Source: Savitreella phatthalungensis (lineage: Eukaryota). From it: DNA of 64,000 nucleotides. Every line of letters begins with the position of its first letter. Within the stretch, counting starts at the first letter, position 1. The DNA lies in assembly GCA_051599415.1 (NCBI GenBank), contig AP039691.1:558001-622000 (forward strand), written 5' to 3'. The notes under the pieces are model-generated. The model had not been told where the DNA came from and made no database searches. It worked only from the letters and a program-made list of their open reading frames with translations. The position numbers and the translations under genes are program-made. Of the stretch, positions 1-10,571 are shown in pieces.

Positions 1-753
1 ACCTCGGCAGAGGCTTCTTCTGCGCCTCACTCAGACTGCATACCCCCGTTTGGAGGTCAAATCTAAATTTGGCTTTTCTTTTTGGATCATCTCAGCTTGA
101 TAACAATCTAGACGTGGAGCAACGTCGAACAAGACTCCAGGATTCTTCATTCCTTCCGGCCGGAGATCATACCAAGGAGTCGGGAGCTGGCTCCGTAACA
201 CCATTCAACTAGTTCAATTGGCTCTGGCCAGCTAAGATCCACAACCGAGAGACCGATAGGCAGGAACGGTCAAGGGACTTCGAATGAAGAAGCGATCGAG
301 GTTTCGGTGGGGCTCTAATACTTGCTGAGGAAAAGTTCAGGACCCACGGGGCTAACAAACACGGTTACCGAGCTAAGCTGGAGAAGGAGCAAGTCCAAGT
401 GAAGCCGTTCCTCTCGACAACAGAACTCGCTAGTATCACACTCACGTCCTCGAGCAGCTCAGCGTGTCACGCGTCCTGACAGTGGTAAAGATTGTCGTCC
501 TGTCGAACAAACTGTCGCAGCATAGGCATCTCAAGCATAGTCACCAGCCTCGCCTGTCACATATCAACTATTCGACTCGTGACGTCGACCGCGGTCATCC
601 TCGCGCATGCAAAGCGTGACCCGTTGAACTTCCTGTCTATTGGCTTTCACAATCCTTTGTCCCTGTCTGACTGCGTAGTCAGGGACTCGGACTCCCAGTC
701 AACGGGCTGTAAGCATCTGTACAGCATTCGTAGACTGACATCGCTACTCTACC

Positions 754-3378
754 ATGGACATGGCAACGCCTCTGACACAACGCTTCGAGCCCGGCTGGGT
801 GGTGGCCAGTTATGTCATCTCGTGCCTTGGAGCTCTGACAACCCTGATCCTGCTCAAGAACAAGTCAGCACGGCACGGACTCCGGAAGTGGACCACTTTG
901 TCGCTCGCCAGTGTAGCTCTTGGAGGTATCGCCATCTTCTGCATGCACTTCCTCGGCAATCGAGCCATCATCGTGTCCGGCGCTCAGGGTAGAACACAGC
1001 TTCATTACTCGTCCGCAATCGTCATTGCTTCTTTCATTCTTCCGACTGTCGTCATCTTCATGGCGTTCATCATGATGGGTGCGACCGACGAAAAGGATCG
1101 GTACAGATGGGTCAAGCTCATCTTTGGCGGTACGCTCGGCGGAGGAGCTGTCGTGGGTATGCACTACTGCGGCGAAGCAGCCATTGACAATCTCATCGTC
1201 AGCTTCCGGCCTGGTTTTGTCATTGGCAGTGTTGTCATCGCTCTCGTGGCGACAAATGTTGCGCTCGTCATCTTCTTCATCCTCCGCAGGTTGTGGCAAG
1301 ATTCGTGGTCGAGACTCTTTGGTCTCGCCCTTCTGATCGCTGCCGCCGTCACATCTATGCACTTCACCGCAGCCGCAGGCACAGTCTACCACTACAAGGC
1401 CGGCACAGATGCCATCACGAGCACGAGTACGTACCGGGGGCTGCTGATATTCGTGCTCGTAGTCTCGTGCTCCGCATGTCTCATTCTCATCACCTACGCT
1501 CTGCTTGACATGTACAGAATCGCCAAGCGACGAGCTCGCGCATCCAAAATCGTCCTTGTCACGGCAGTTTTCGACGATAGCGGTCGCATCCTCGTTAACG
1601 ACGTCGACGGTACCCTCCCGTCTCAGCTCGTCACCGACACCTATGTCGAGTACACCATGGCTGACTCTTTCGACACATCCTCATACATGTATCGGTGGCT
1701 GTTCGAGGCGAGTGCGCACTTCCGGCTCGTCGCGCCGTTGATACCACACATGCGCTCCGCCGTCAAACGAAGACTGCAGGAGACCGCAGTCCATGACCTC
1801 TCCAGACAGGAATTCTCCAAACTCTTCCGTCAGCAATTCTGCATCTCGGCACGCGACCTGGCAGACCGAGTCAACATACCACTTCAAAATATGGGATTGT
1901 GCTATGACAAGATCCTCGTCACAGGCGGAGGCGACTCGACTGAAGCGCCGCTCATCGACGGCAAAAAGCTGACGGAAGTTGACATTCAGGATCTCGAAAT
2001 GAGTCGGCCTGCTCGCAGGCGTCTTGATCGACTCCGATCGAAGCGCAGCAGCCCACAGGGCCACGTCATCTTCCTCGTCAAGCATCTCGTCGAGTCCGAG
2101 CGTCCGGGCTCTGCAACAAAGCGCAACTGGCGATTCGCCCCGCTCGATACCGCCCTCCACGCAGCTGCACAAGGTCTGAATCTGGAGCAGTCTGTCGTCG
2201 AGTCCTCTTTGCGTGACATGCAGGCCTCATACAAGCTCGACAAGCTCTCATGGGTGCCCGACAAAACGTATGTGGCGTACTTCGGCGCACAAGCCAGGGT
2301 GGCCGGCGGCTTCCGTGTCGTTGTGCCCGACAACGCACGAGGCATTCTGCCGAATGTCGAGTTGAACTTGACTGCCAAGTTGACCTCTAATCAGCAGGCC
2401 GAAATTGCCAGGCTGCACGATTTGACGATGCTGGACGCAGCAGCTCGATGTATCGCCGATCCGACAGCCCACGCTGACATAGGGGAAGGTCCCGGTGCTT
2501 CTGTCAATGCGTTCTCGAGGGAGCTTGCGGCAGCCATCAGCTCCCTCGCCGAGATTGTCGGCGCGTCCGCCGCAGCAGAAGCCCGTCTCCTCGCCCTGTC
2601 CCCGATTGTTGTACCATGCGGGCAGGCGTATCCGAACGGCACTGCAACCCTGCTCGTATTCCGACACACAATCCCGATCGATACTAATGCAACTGCTGTC
2701 GCGCAATCTATCGGCACCCTGAGCTACGTCGACTATGGGACTTTCAACGGCTACCACCGTGCAGCGTCCGATCCTCATGCAGCTGCTTTCGCACAGCAGC
2801 TCGGTGTTGAATTTCAGACATACTCGCCCCTGCTCGACTCAGAGGATGAGGGCGACGTCTGTGACGGCGATGAGGAAAGTGGCGTCGGTCTTCGTGAGAT
2901 CCCGTCTGCTGCAGCTGCGGCAGCTGTAGACAAGACCTCGAACCCGCTCGGCATCTTTGTACACGAAGCCGTCTCGGTCACGACGACTACCTCGCCTGGC
3001 AAGAAATCAAGCCGTACGATGGCGCCGCGATTCTCCTCCCTGGCGAATCCCGCTACTCATTCGCACACGCGCACGCGTACCGACTCTGGTTCAGAGCGTC
3101 TCCTGTCGCAGGTTGCTCCACCGTTTGCGCTATCACCACCGAGTCGCGGCGGCGAGAGTATCGGTGGCATTACAGACGCAATGGGTATCGACTTGACCGA
3201 GTCACGACCTCATGAGATCCACCTTGTCGGACATTCGGTCGCTCGTGGCACCGTCACGAAAAGCCCGGGTGACTCTCCAATCGAACCTACCTGGTGCGAC
3301 ATCCTCCTCCGCTCCGAGGCAAGCTACAGACCAAGTAGCCTCCAACTCGTCCGACCTCCAGCCGTCAATAAACCCTGA
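754..3378 (+). CDS. MHYT-domain integral membrane sensor protein with large cytosolic C-terminal region
   Basis: 874-aa ORF; about 7 N-terminal hydrophobic helices with three MHYT-type motifs (MHFLG, MHYCG, MHFTA); long soluble C-terminal region with S/T-rich tail. Confidence 0.88.
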   Translation: MDMATPLTQRFEPGWVVASYVISCLGALTTLILLKNKSARHGLRKWTTLSLASVALGGIAIFCMHFLGNRAIIVSGAQGRTQLHYSSAIVIASFILPTVVIFMAFIMMGATDEKDRYRWVKLIFGGTLGGGAVVGMHYCGEAAIDNLIVSFRPGFVIGSVVIALVATNVALVIFFILRRLWQDSWSRLFGLALLIAAAVTSMHFTAAAGTVYHYKAGTDAITSTSTYRGLLIFVLVVSCSACLILITYALLDMYRIAKRRARASKIVLVTAVFDDSGRILVNDVDGTLPSQLVTDTYVEYTMADSFDTSSYMYRWLFEASAHFRLVAPLIPHMRSAVKRRLQETAVHDLSRQEFSKLFRQQFCISARDLADRVNIPLQNMGLCYDKILVTGGGDSTEAPLIDGKKLTEVDIQDLEMSRPARRRLDRLRSKRSSPQGHVIFLVKHLVESERPGSATKRNWRFAPLDTALHAAAQGLNLEQSVVESSLRDMQASYKLDKLSWVPDKTYVAYFGAQARVAGGFRVVVPDNARGILPNVELNLTAKLTSNQQAEIARLHDLTMLDAAARCIADPTAHADIGEGPGASVNAFSRELAAAISSLAEIVGASAAAEARLLALSPIVVPCGQAYPNGTATLLVFRHTIPIDTNATAVAQSIGTLSYVDYGTFNGYHRAASDPHAAAFAQQLGVEFQTYSPLLDSEDEGDVCDGDEESGVGLREIPSAAAAAAVDKTSNPLGIFVHEAVSVTTTTSPGKKSSRTMAPRFSSLANPATHSHTRTRTDSGSERLLSQVAPPFALSPPSRGGESIGGITDAMGIDLTESRPHEIHLVGHSVARGTVTKSPGDSPIEPTWCDILLRSEASYRPSSLQLVRPPAVNKP

Positions 3379-3569
3379 GCAGCGCTTCTCCTCGCTTAAT
3401 CACACGCTAAGCATCATGGCTGTACCTGTACCTATAGAAGAGCGGTGCACGTCGCCGTCTAACACTTCTTCATGGCGCAAAAAGGCCTTTAGCATTCTCT
3501 CAATGACCCAAATGAACGTTTCATCGTCGTGGAATTGTCGTTTCATTCGTAAAATCTACGAGGTGCCCG

Positions 3570-4481
3570 TCATACAGTACTTACTCTGTGTACCCGCTCG
3601 CTCTCATGTGACATGCCCCTTCGAATATCAATGTGAGTCTCATCCTCTTGGCTTTGCTTCGGCGGCACGAGGGCAAATCCAATCGCAATCAGCGTCTTGA
3701 GTATGCTTGCGAGGAGCAGGACGGGTTTAGAGGTGTAGTACCTGTGTATGGATGCGCCTATGATGACGCCGACGAAGAGAGAGATGATGTAGGTGGCTCG
3801 GCGATTCCTGCCGACGACGCGGTTGCAGGAGACACTTGCGTGGAAGAGCCATGGATCGACGAGGAGATCGACGAGCGGAGAGGTCACCATGGCCGTCGGA
3901 ATCTCAGCGATACTGAACTGCCTAGCCATCGCCACCTGCGCACCACTACTCGACGCCAGCAGCAATATATACGCCCACCCATACCGGCCCCCGGCAATCG
4001 GCATCACCCCAGAGTAACCCAGCCCCACCAGCAACCACAGCAACACAGCCTGCCACACATTACTCATCAGCACCCACCACCGCCGCCGACCACCACACAC
4101 CTTGTCGATCTTGTCTGCACACTGGCCGAAGACGAGAGCTGTGGCGACAAAGGCAGCGACGCTGACGCCTGCAGCTAGCGGTGACTTCATGTTGCCACGA
4201 TCGACGGCCTCGATGCCTAGGAAGATGACGTTGCCCGTCTGGTTGCTGGCGAAGACCTTGAAGTCCTGGTACGTCGTCCCGTCGATGATGCCTGTGACGA
4301 ATCCCGTCAGCACGAGAAAGTGGACGAGCGAGTTCACCGGCAGCACGTCGTTCAGCCATGCACCAAAAGACCGATCACCCGTCACTGGCGCAACACCAAT
4401 CACTGCAACCACCGCAGCTTGCGCCTTCGAGCCCGGTGAAACACCCGACTTGTTTCGCTTCGCCGTGCATCGAATCGTCAT
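3570..4481 (-). CDS. DUF1275/YoaK-family membrane protein
   Basis: 303-aa ORF; motifs TGIIDG..Y..FKVFASNQTGN and GAQVAMAR...EIPTAMVTSP..DL; multiple TM helices. Confidence 0.85.
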   Translation of the reverse strand: MTIRCTAKRNKSGVSPGSKAQAAVVAVIGVAPVTGDRSFGAWLNDVLPVNSLVHFLVLTGFVTGIIDGTTYQDFKVFASNQTGNVIFLGIEAVDRGNMKSPLAAGVSVAAFVATALVFGQCADKIDKVCGGRRRWWVLMSNVWQAVLLWLLVGLGYSGVMPIAGGRYGWAYILLLASSSGAQVAMARQFSIAEIPTAMVTSPLVDLLVDPWLFHASVSCNRVVGRNRRATYIISLFVGVIIGASIHRYYTSKPVLLLASILKTLIAIGFALVPPKQSQEDETHIDIRRGMSHESERVHRVSTV

Positions 4482-5001
4482 TGATCGTCGACCACGCTAG
4501 CTTGGAGAGAAACGAGGATTGTAGTTTGTAGGGGGCGTTATGAGGACATGGTGTCCGGATGAAATCGCGGACGGACCCAGGTGGGATATGGTGGTGGTGG
4601 TTGTGGTGTTGACTTCACCCTTTTCTGACAGATCGATCATCATTATGTTAGCCAGAGATAAGATGGGATTATGTCCACGTGCGTCGTCCCCACAAAATTA
4701 GATTTTTTCTTTTCGTGCATGTGCATAATCAATTGTTTCAAGTTGTTTCAAAGTTGTTTCAATCAGAATTCAAGGGTCTGTGAGATGATCGACATATGCA
4801 TTTGCGCCAGGATGCAAGTTTACCCCACACAAAAAGCTGGAGATCACCTCCCCCAGGGAACATTTCACAGTAGACGAGAGATCGATCGGCAACTCCCGTC
4901 CGCGTGATCTATACCCTCTTCCTCTCTGTACACCTCAATCGTATAAGAACCTTTCATCCCGGTCGGCACACATAGATAGTACCTAGGAAAGCTACGAAGT
5001 G

Positions 5002-6801
5002 ATGCCACTGCCGTGTCCATTCCCATGTCCACCGCTTCCGCAGACTGACCTGCTGAGCTTCCTGTTTGACAGGCCTCCGACGGACTACCCACCAGAGACT
5101 GTCATTCTGCAGGACTACACGAAGGGCAAGGATGGTGGGTTGACTTGGCGTGAGCTCCGGCGGCAGACGCGGCTGATTGGCCGCGGTCTTCGTGAGGTGT
5201 GCGGTGTGAAGGCCGGTGACCGTGTGCTGATCTACACTGCGCATGGGATCCACTACGCTGCATGCATGTACGGCAGCATGTGCGCTGGCGCTGCGCTGGT
5301 GCCGATCAACCCGATGCTCGGTGTGGCTGACATCCTGCACTACATCCGCGTCAGCGGCGCTCGCGTCATGATCGTCTCTTCACCATTCCTAAACCACGCA
5401 CTCGAAGTCAAGGCTAAAGTCCCAGACCTCCACATCGTCCTCCTCGATAGCCCCACCACCGCAGGTGAAGGGACCTCCCCACACACAAAATTCACTGAGC
5501 TTCTGTCGCGGGGCGAGATGGACTGGGATCGGTCGAACGAGGTCAGGGAACGAGTGGCTGTGATTGCGTTTTCGTCAGGGACGAGCGGGTTGCCTAAGGC
5601 CGTGACTGTGCTTCAGAAGAACCTTGTGACGAATGCTTGGTCTGCGTATCACGCCTCGAACGCGTCCGACCTCAAGGCGAACGGGTGCAAGTATGGGGAG
5701 ATTGAGCGGAAGATCAAGCTTGGCGCCTTTCCGCCATTCCACATCGCCGGCATCTTCTCGTCCATGGTCGAGCCGATTTTCTCTGGCGGTGCCGCTGTAT
5801 TTGCTCCGTCTTTCGACCTCGTCTCGTGGCTGGGCGCGATCGGGACGTACAAGGCACAGGCGTTATCGGTTGCGCCACCTATCGTCCTCGCTCTCGCGAC
5901 GTCGCCTGTTATCGACGACCCGAGGTGGGATTTCTCGTCCGTCGACACCATCAGTGTTGGTGCTGCTCCGTTGTCGTCCGAGCTTGCGGCCGCGTGCACC
6001 ACACGTCTCATCAAGCGCGGTGCAGCCAAAGACCTCCAGATCTTCCAGACATACGGCATGACAGAAGCCACATGCTGCGTCACCTTCTTCGACAGACGCG
6101 ACAATAGCGGTCAGACGCACGCCGCAGTCGGGTACCCGATGCCTTACTACGAGATCAAGCTCGTGCCGGTGTCGGCCGAGGGATGCTCGGAAGATGAGCG
6201 CCAGGACCACGTAGAGGTGCGACCGGGTGAGCGTGGGGAGTTGCTTATCCGAGGACCTGGTATCGTGCCTGGGTACCTGGGGATCGATAACTCGCCCTTC
6301 TTCGATCGTGAAGGGTACTACCGAACGGGCGATGTCGGGGTGGCCACGCGTGAAGGCCTGGTCACCATCGTCGACCGCATCAAGGAACTCATCAAGGCAA
6401 GCGGGTTCCAGGTCGCGCCTGCGGAAGTCGAGTCGACCTTGCTGACGCACGACGAGATTGTCGATGCTGCTGTTGTCGGTGTGACTTTGCCGAGGAGCGC
6501 AGGGTCTGCTGGATCCGAGATGGTCAGAGCTTATGTGTCTCTCAGGCCAGGCTCGAAGCTAGACAAATTGCACCCTGAACTCGCGCGGAAGCGGATCGCG
6601 GCATGGTACGATGAGCAGCTTCCAAAGGGGCTCAAATACAAGCGCCTCACCGGCGGCGTTCGCATCGTCAAGCTCGGAAGCATCCCAAAAAGTCCTTCAG
6701 GCAAGATCCTGCGCAGGATCTTGCGCGACGCCGTCAAGGCAGAGCAGGCCAAAGACGAACAGGAACGTAAAGCTCATGAACAGCAGCGTGCTCGACTCTA
6801 G
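5002..6801 (+). CDS. 4-coumarate-CoA-ligase-like acyl-CoA synthetase (ANL family), predicted peroxisomal
   Basis: AMP-binding motif FSSGTSGLPK, YGMTE, YRTGD, DRIKELIK, IPKSPSGKILRR; C-terminal PTS1 ARL; first ATG at 5002. Confidence 0.92.
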   Translation: MPLPCPFPCPPLPQTDLLSFLFDRPPTDYPPETVILQDYTKGKDGGLTWRELRRQTRLIGRGLREVCGVKAGDRVLIYTAHGIHYAACMYGSMCAGAALVPINPMLGVADILHYIRVSGARVMIVSSPFLNHALEVKAKVPDLHIVLLDSPTTAGEGTSPHTKFTELLSRGEMDWDRSNEVRERVAVIAFSSGTSGLPKAVTVLQKNLVTNAWSAYHASNASDLKANGCKYGEIERKIKLGAFPPFHIAGIFSSMVEPIFSGGAAVFAPSFDLVSWLGAIGTYKAQALSVAPPIVLALATSPVIDDPRWDFSSVDTISVGAAPLSSELAAACTTRLIKRGAAKDLQIFQTYGMTEATCCVTFFDRRDNSGQTHAAVGYPMPYYEIKLVPVSAEGCSEDERQDHVEVRPGERGELLIRGPGIVPGYLGIDNSPFFDREGYYRTGDVGVATREGLVTIVDRIKELIKASGFQVAPAEVESTLLTHDEIVDAAVVGVTLPRSAGSAGSEMVRAYVSLRPGSKLDKLHPELARKRIAAWYDEQLPKGLKYKRLTGGVRIVKLGSIPKSPSGKILRRILRDAVKAEQAKDEQERKAHEQQRARL

Positions 6802-6832
6802 AACAGATTCCGAGTAGTCTGATATATACACT

Positions 6833-7999
6833 TCAATCATCGCAGTTGTGTCGTGGCAGTCTGATGAGACAGTCCACACCTTCGCCTGTGCGATTGTGGA
6901 GGGAGAGATCACCACCACAGAATTGCGTGTAAAGGCGGGAAATCGGCAGACCGTAGCCGAAGCCTGCCATGATTGCACGATCGCCCGAAGGTGCCTCGTA
7001 GGCTGCGTCTTGAGCGTCAGGAGGAGAGTAAGGGGAGAAAGCGGTAGTGTACATGTACCTCCAGACGTTGTCGAGGGCGTCTTGCGGGATACCTCCACCT
7101 GCGTCTGAGACTTTGAGGGTCAGCTGCTCCGGAGACTCGCTCTCGATGGAGACTTGGACGCAAGGATAGTTGTCCTCCTCGTGCAATTCGACGATGGCTC
7201 GCAGTGAGTTTTTGAAGATTTCAAAAGCAACATGCCACAGATATCCTGGGATGTATGGGATCCGAACGTCATCAGCGATGTCAATCTGGACACGTGGTGC
7301 GTCAAATATACCGTAGTAGTCCACGCACACAGAACGAGCATCGTGAGCTGCCTTCTGCAGGATAGCACGTACAGACATCCGGCGTTCAACAATACCGAGG
7401 AAGTTCTGTCCATCGTCATTGCTGCCGAGTGGCAGCAGTCTGGCGTCGAGCTGTGTCTGGTCACGATGGAGTTGTGTCAGCAAGTTGAGATAGTGCGTGG
7501 AAGTCGTGCGCATAGAGATCCGTGACAGGTGGAAAACTTCGAGGAAGCTCTGGAGATCATCTTGCAGCTTCGTGTCGTGCTGGCTGCCTGGATCTTGTGC
7601 CAGCCTTCTGTGAAGCCCCTCTGCCAAAGTCTCTGTCACTGGCTTGTGACGCTTGTCAATCTTGCTGAGGACGCCTCCGAGCTGGAGCCAGTCGTTTGGA
7701 GACATCTCCTTGTCTGCATGCGACTCTGCGAATCCGCACAGCTCGGCAAAGGATTTCCGGTACCATGCACGAATGCGTGCCACGTTCTCACACCCCTCAA
7801 ACTTGGTAGGAAGTTTGTCGAGGTCATCGATTCGATGTGCGAGCCGGACAGGAAGCTCGTAAGTCGCATGCCACTTGCTTCCACTGTACAGGCGAGGTGC
7901 ATCCTTTAGTGAGCCTTTCGTACGAGAGATGAGTTCTGCAAGCGAGACTTTTGGTAGCTCAGCAGCTGCATACTTGCGCAGGAGGTCTGTATAACTCAT
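6833..7999 (-). CDS. Pyruvate dehydrogenase kinase / BCKDK-family protein kinase (GHKL fold)
   Basis: ELPVRLAHRI, N-box FEIFKNSLRA, G1 box SDAGGGIP, G2 box MAGFGYGLPISRLY; first in-frame ATG 7999 (track starts at GTG 8086). Confidence 0.9.
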   Translation of the reverse strand: MSYTDLLRKYAAAELPKVSLAELISRTKGSLKDAPRLYSGSKWHATYELPVRLAHRIDDLDKLPTKFEGCENVARIRAWYRKSFAELCGFAESHADKEMSPNDWLQLGGVLSKIDKRHKPVTETLAEGLHRRLAQDPGSQHDTKLQDDLQSFLEVFHLSRISMRTTSTHYLNLLTQLHRDQTQLDARLLPLGSNDDGQNFLGIVERRMSVRAILQKAAHDARSVCVDYYGIFDAPRVQIDIADDVRIPYIPGYLWHVAFEIFKNSLRAIVELHEEDNYPCVQVSIESESPEQLTLKVSDAGGGIPQDALDNVWRYMYTTAFSPYSPPDAQDAAYEAPSGDRAIMAGFGYGLPISRLYTQFCGGDLSLHNRTGEGVDCLIRLPRHNCDD

Positions 8000-9085
8000 G
8001 GCAGTGGTGGCTGTGGCGATAGAGGTGTCACGTGGCCGAACGTGGATGAACGTGGATGAACGTGAATGGTCTGGAATCCTGCACACGGCGCTTTGGGATG
8101 TTCCTCACTGTGATATCTGATTGGAATCCGCCTCAATGCCGCTGCATGATGGTAGAGCAGGACAACTTGACTGATGGGTGACAAGCACGGTCAATGGAGC
8201 AAACGTCTTGCTCGGCTGTATGAGCCCACTGGTGAGAAGGCGAAATCAGGAGGCGCTGTGATATGCTGGACCCTTATACGAACAGCGCAAAAATGCCTCG
8301 ATGAAATCGACGGCAAGATGAAGAAAGATGGATAGCCCGTGACTGGTCACGCGACTCAGGAAATACTTTGTGGTCTGGATGACCGTCACCAGTCACTGTT
8401 GTGGTGTTCCGGTGGATGACCGTATGCGTACTAACTCAGCTGCATATGCACAGTTTAGATCGGGAAGTGAAAGCTGGGGCCGAGAGCTGAAATTCATCAT
8501 TCACCATGCATAGCATTCATCATTCATAGCACTCATCATTCATCATACAGTCTGGGGTTCGAGTCTAAGGATCCATACATGGAAATGCAGTTTATGCATC
8601 GGAGCTGACTAGTAATTGCTTTGAACTGTTCTATAGCTGCTTCAAAGAATTTTGCAAGTTCTGCTTAGATTTCATTCTATTCTAACTGCCAGACGCCATG
8701 TGTATCGGATGCACTTCTTCTCTGCACTATCAGTGATATATGAATTGATTATTGCTGATGAAGCGTACTCGAAATTGGTAGTTGACGGAGATTGAAAATG
8801 TCACTGCCAGTTGAGATCACGTGAAGCAATTAGCCATAGCTGACTGAGGCACATCATGCAGAGTCAGAAAGTTTAAAGTGAGATAGCACAACTTCAGCAC
8901 AAACATAGCACCACATCCTCCGTACAAATTAGCAGCAGTCTTACTCTTGGGACCAGCAGTCAATCACTCGGCCTTGGGTATCACGCGCCTGAAGACTCTG
9001 CGTGCCTGTGAGTACTCGATCCAATTTGTTCGGCTTAGCATCCACATATCAGCATCAAGATCCGATCGAAGGATTTCTTCTAGAA

Positions 9086-9841
9086 ATGCCCGCAGACTTG
9101 CGTCCTCTCAAGGTCGCCCAGGCCACAACACAGCTGCTCCGTGCAAAGCACTTGAAGCAGCAACCTGCATGGCTTGCTGCTGTTGTACGCACACCGCCTG
9201 CGACTGATTTCGTGCGGAAGCCTTTACCACGGTTCGAGGGAGAGGAAGGTGTGACGCGTGCGCCGCTGCCATCGTCATCTCGCTTGCGAAAGGCAAAGTT
9301 GTACAGAGCATCTCGGATCACGTATGCAGAGGACAGACTACGGCGGCGGTTTTTCAAGGATCATCCTTGGGAGCTCGCTCGACCGATCAATTTGGTAGAG
9401 AACGACGGTGCGGACCACGCGCATTGCGATTGGTCTCGGCTACAGCAGCCAGGCAGGCCTCTGACGGGAGAGAGCGTCGTCCAACACCAGCACTGGCTGA
9501 TGAAGGAGGGAGGCATTGACGAAGAGACTGCATACAGAACCGCCGTCAAGGAGTTTTCAAGGCTCAGGATGAGAGAAGCTGTTGAGCGCAAAATCGCAGT
9601 CGAAGAAGCACTCACATTCGATGCACGATTTTACAAGACAGAGCTGGAACTCGGTATCGAGCATGAGGATGCAGTGCTGAGGCGTTGGGTGGCCAAGGTC
9701 AAAGCTGCGAGACAGCTCATCAACCCACAGATGATGGTTGAGGACACAGACGAGGCGGAAGCTGAAGCAGGTGCAGCTGGTACTGGAGCGGGAGCTGTTG
9801 ACGGGGCTGGCGCAGACAAGGATTCAGCTAGCTTGCCGTAG
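9086..9841 (+). CDS. RSM25: Mitochondrial small-subunit ribosomal protein mS23 (Rsm25)
   Basis: Signature ITYAEDRLRRRFFKDHPWELARP and DWSRLQQPGRPLTGESVVQ; ATG at 9086. Confidence 0.9.
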   Translation: MPADLRPLKVAQATTQLLRAKHLKQQPAWLAAVVRTPPATDFVRKPLPRFEGEEGVTRAPLPSSSRLRKAKLYRASRITYAEDRLRRRFFKDHPWELARPINLVENDGADHAHCDWSRLQQPGRPLTGESVVQHQHWLMKEGGIDEETAYRTAVKEFSRLRMREAVERKIAVEEALTFDARFYKTELELGIEHEDAVLRRWVAKVKAARQLINPQMMVEDTDEAEAEAGAAGTGAGAVDGAGADKDSASLP

Positions 9842-10571
9842 ACTGTATCATCATCGTTCATGGTGCTCACGTGCATGTACACTTCCCGACGCTCATTTTC
9901 ATCAAAGCGTCCGGGAGGCTTTCCCGAATCTCCGGTCATTTGCGCCGAATGTGGCCGTGCAAGAGCATGAATTTCAACAGAGCGTGCATTCAAGTCGATT
10001 TGAATCCAGTCAAATTTGAATTCAATTCAGCGGACGGTTTGGTGCGCTCGGCCACTTTGACTAATCACCTGCCTGGCTGCCTCTCTCAAGTGTGAGGTCT
10101 GGGGTTTGGCTGCCTTGCTTCCAGCCACTGATCGTCGGTCGAGTAACTCGCCGGCAAGCAGGAAACTCGAATTTGAATTCCGCGTTCAAAGGTTTTACGC
10201 TTCATATACCACAACCACACACAGCTGTAAATAAATATATACACGTCTGCTCGCTTACTTATTCAACCACAACGGTCACATCAATTTCTCAACTCGCGTG
10301 CCTCTCTTGTCAACCTGGGGTTTATCCAGCATCATCCTCAATTCTCACTCACACACACACCTTCCCTCTCTCTTGACATCAATAGTGCTTTTTGCATCAC
10401 CAGACGTCTCTTCATACTCCCTCACGTCCTCGCTCGTTCTATCGAATCATCACACTTGATCGCTCCTTTAATCACACCAGCGAGATCATCTCCATCGTCT
10501 TCCACACTCGCTTTCGAATTCTAGTCGAGACTCTCCTCTACGTACTCCAAAAAGGGACATCAGCGGGACTG

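Noticed and set aside
8490..8570. GGTTCGAGTC (tRNA T-loop/B-box-like) after a CATTCAT-type repeat
   Set aside because: The T-stem does not pair and no cloverleaf or A-box is evident; treated as a simple repeat plus a chance motif
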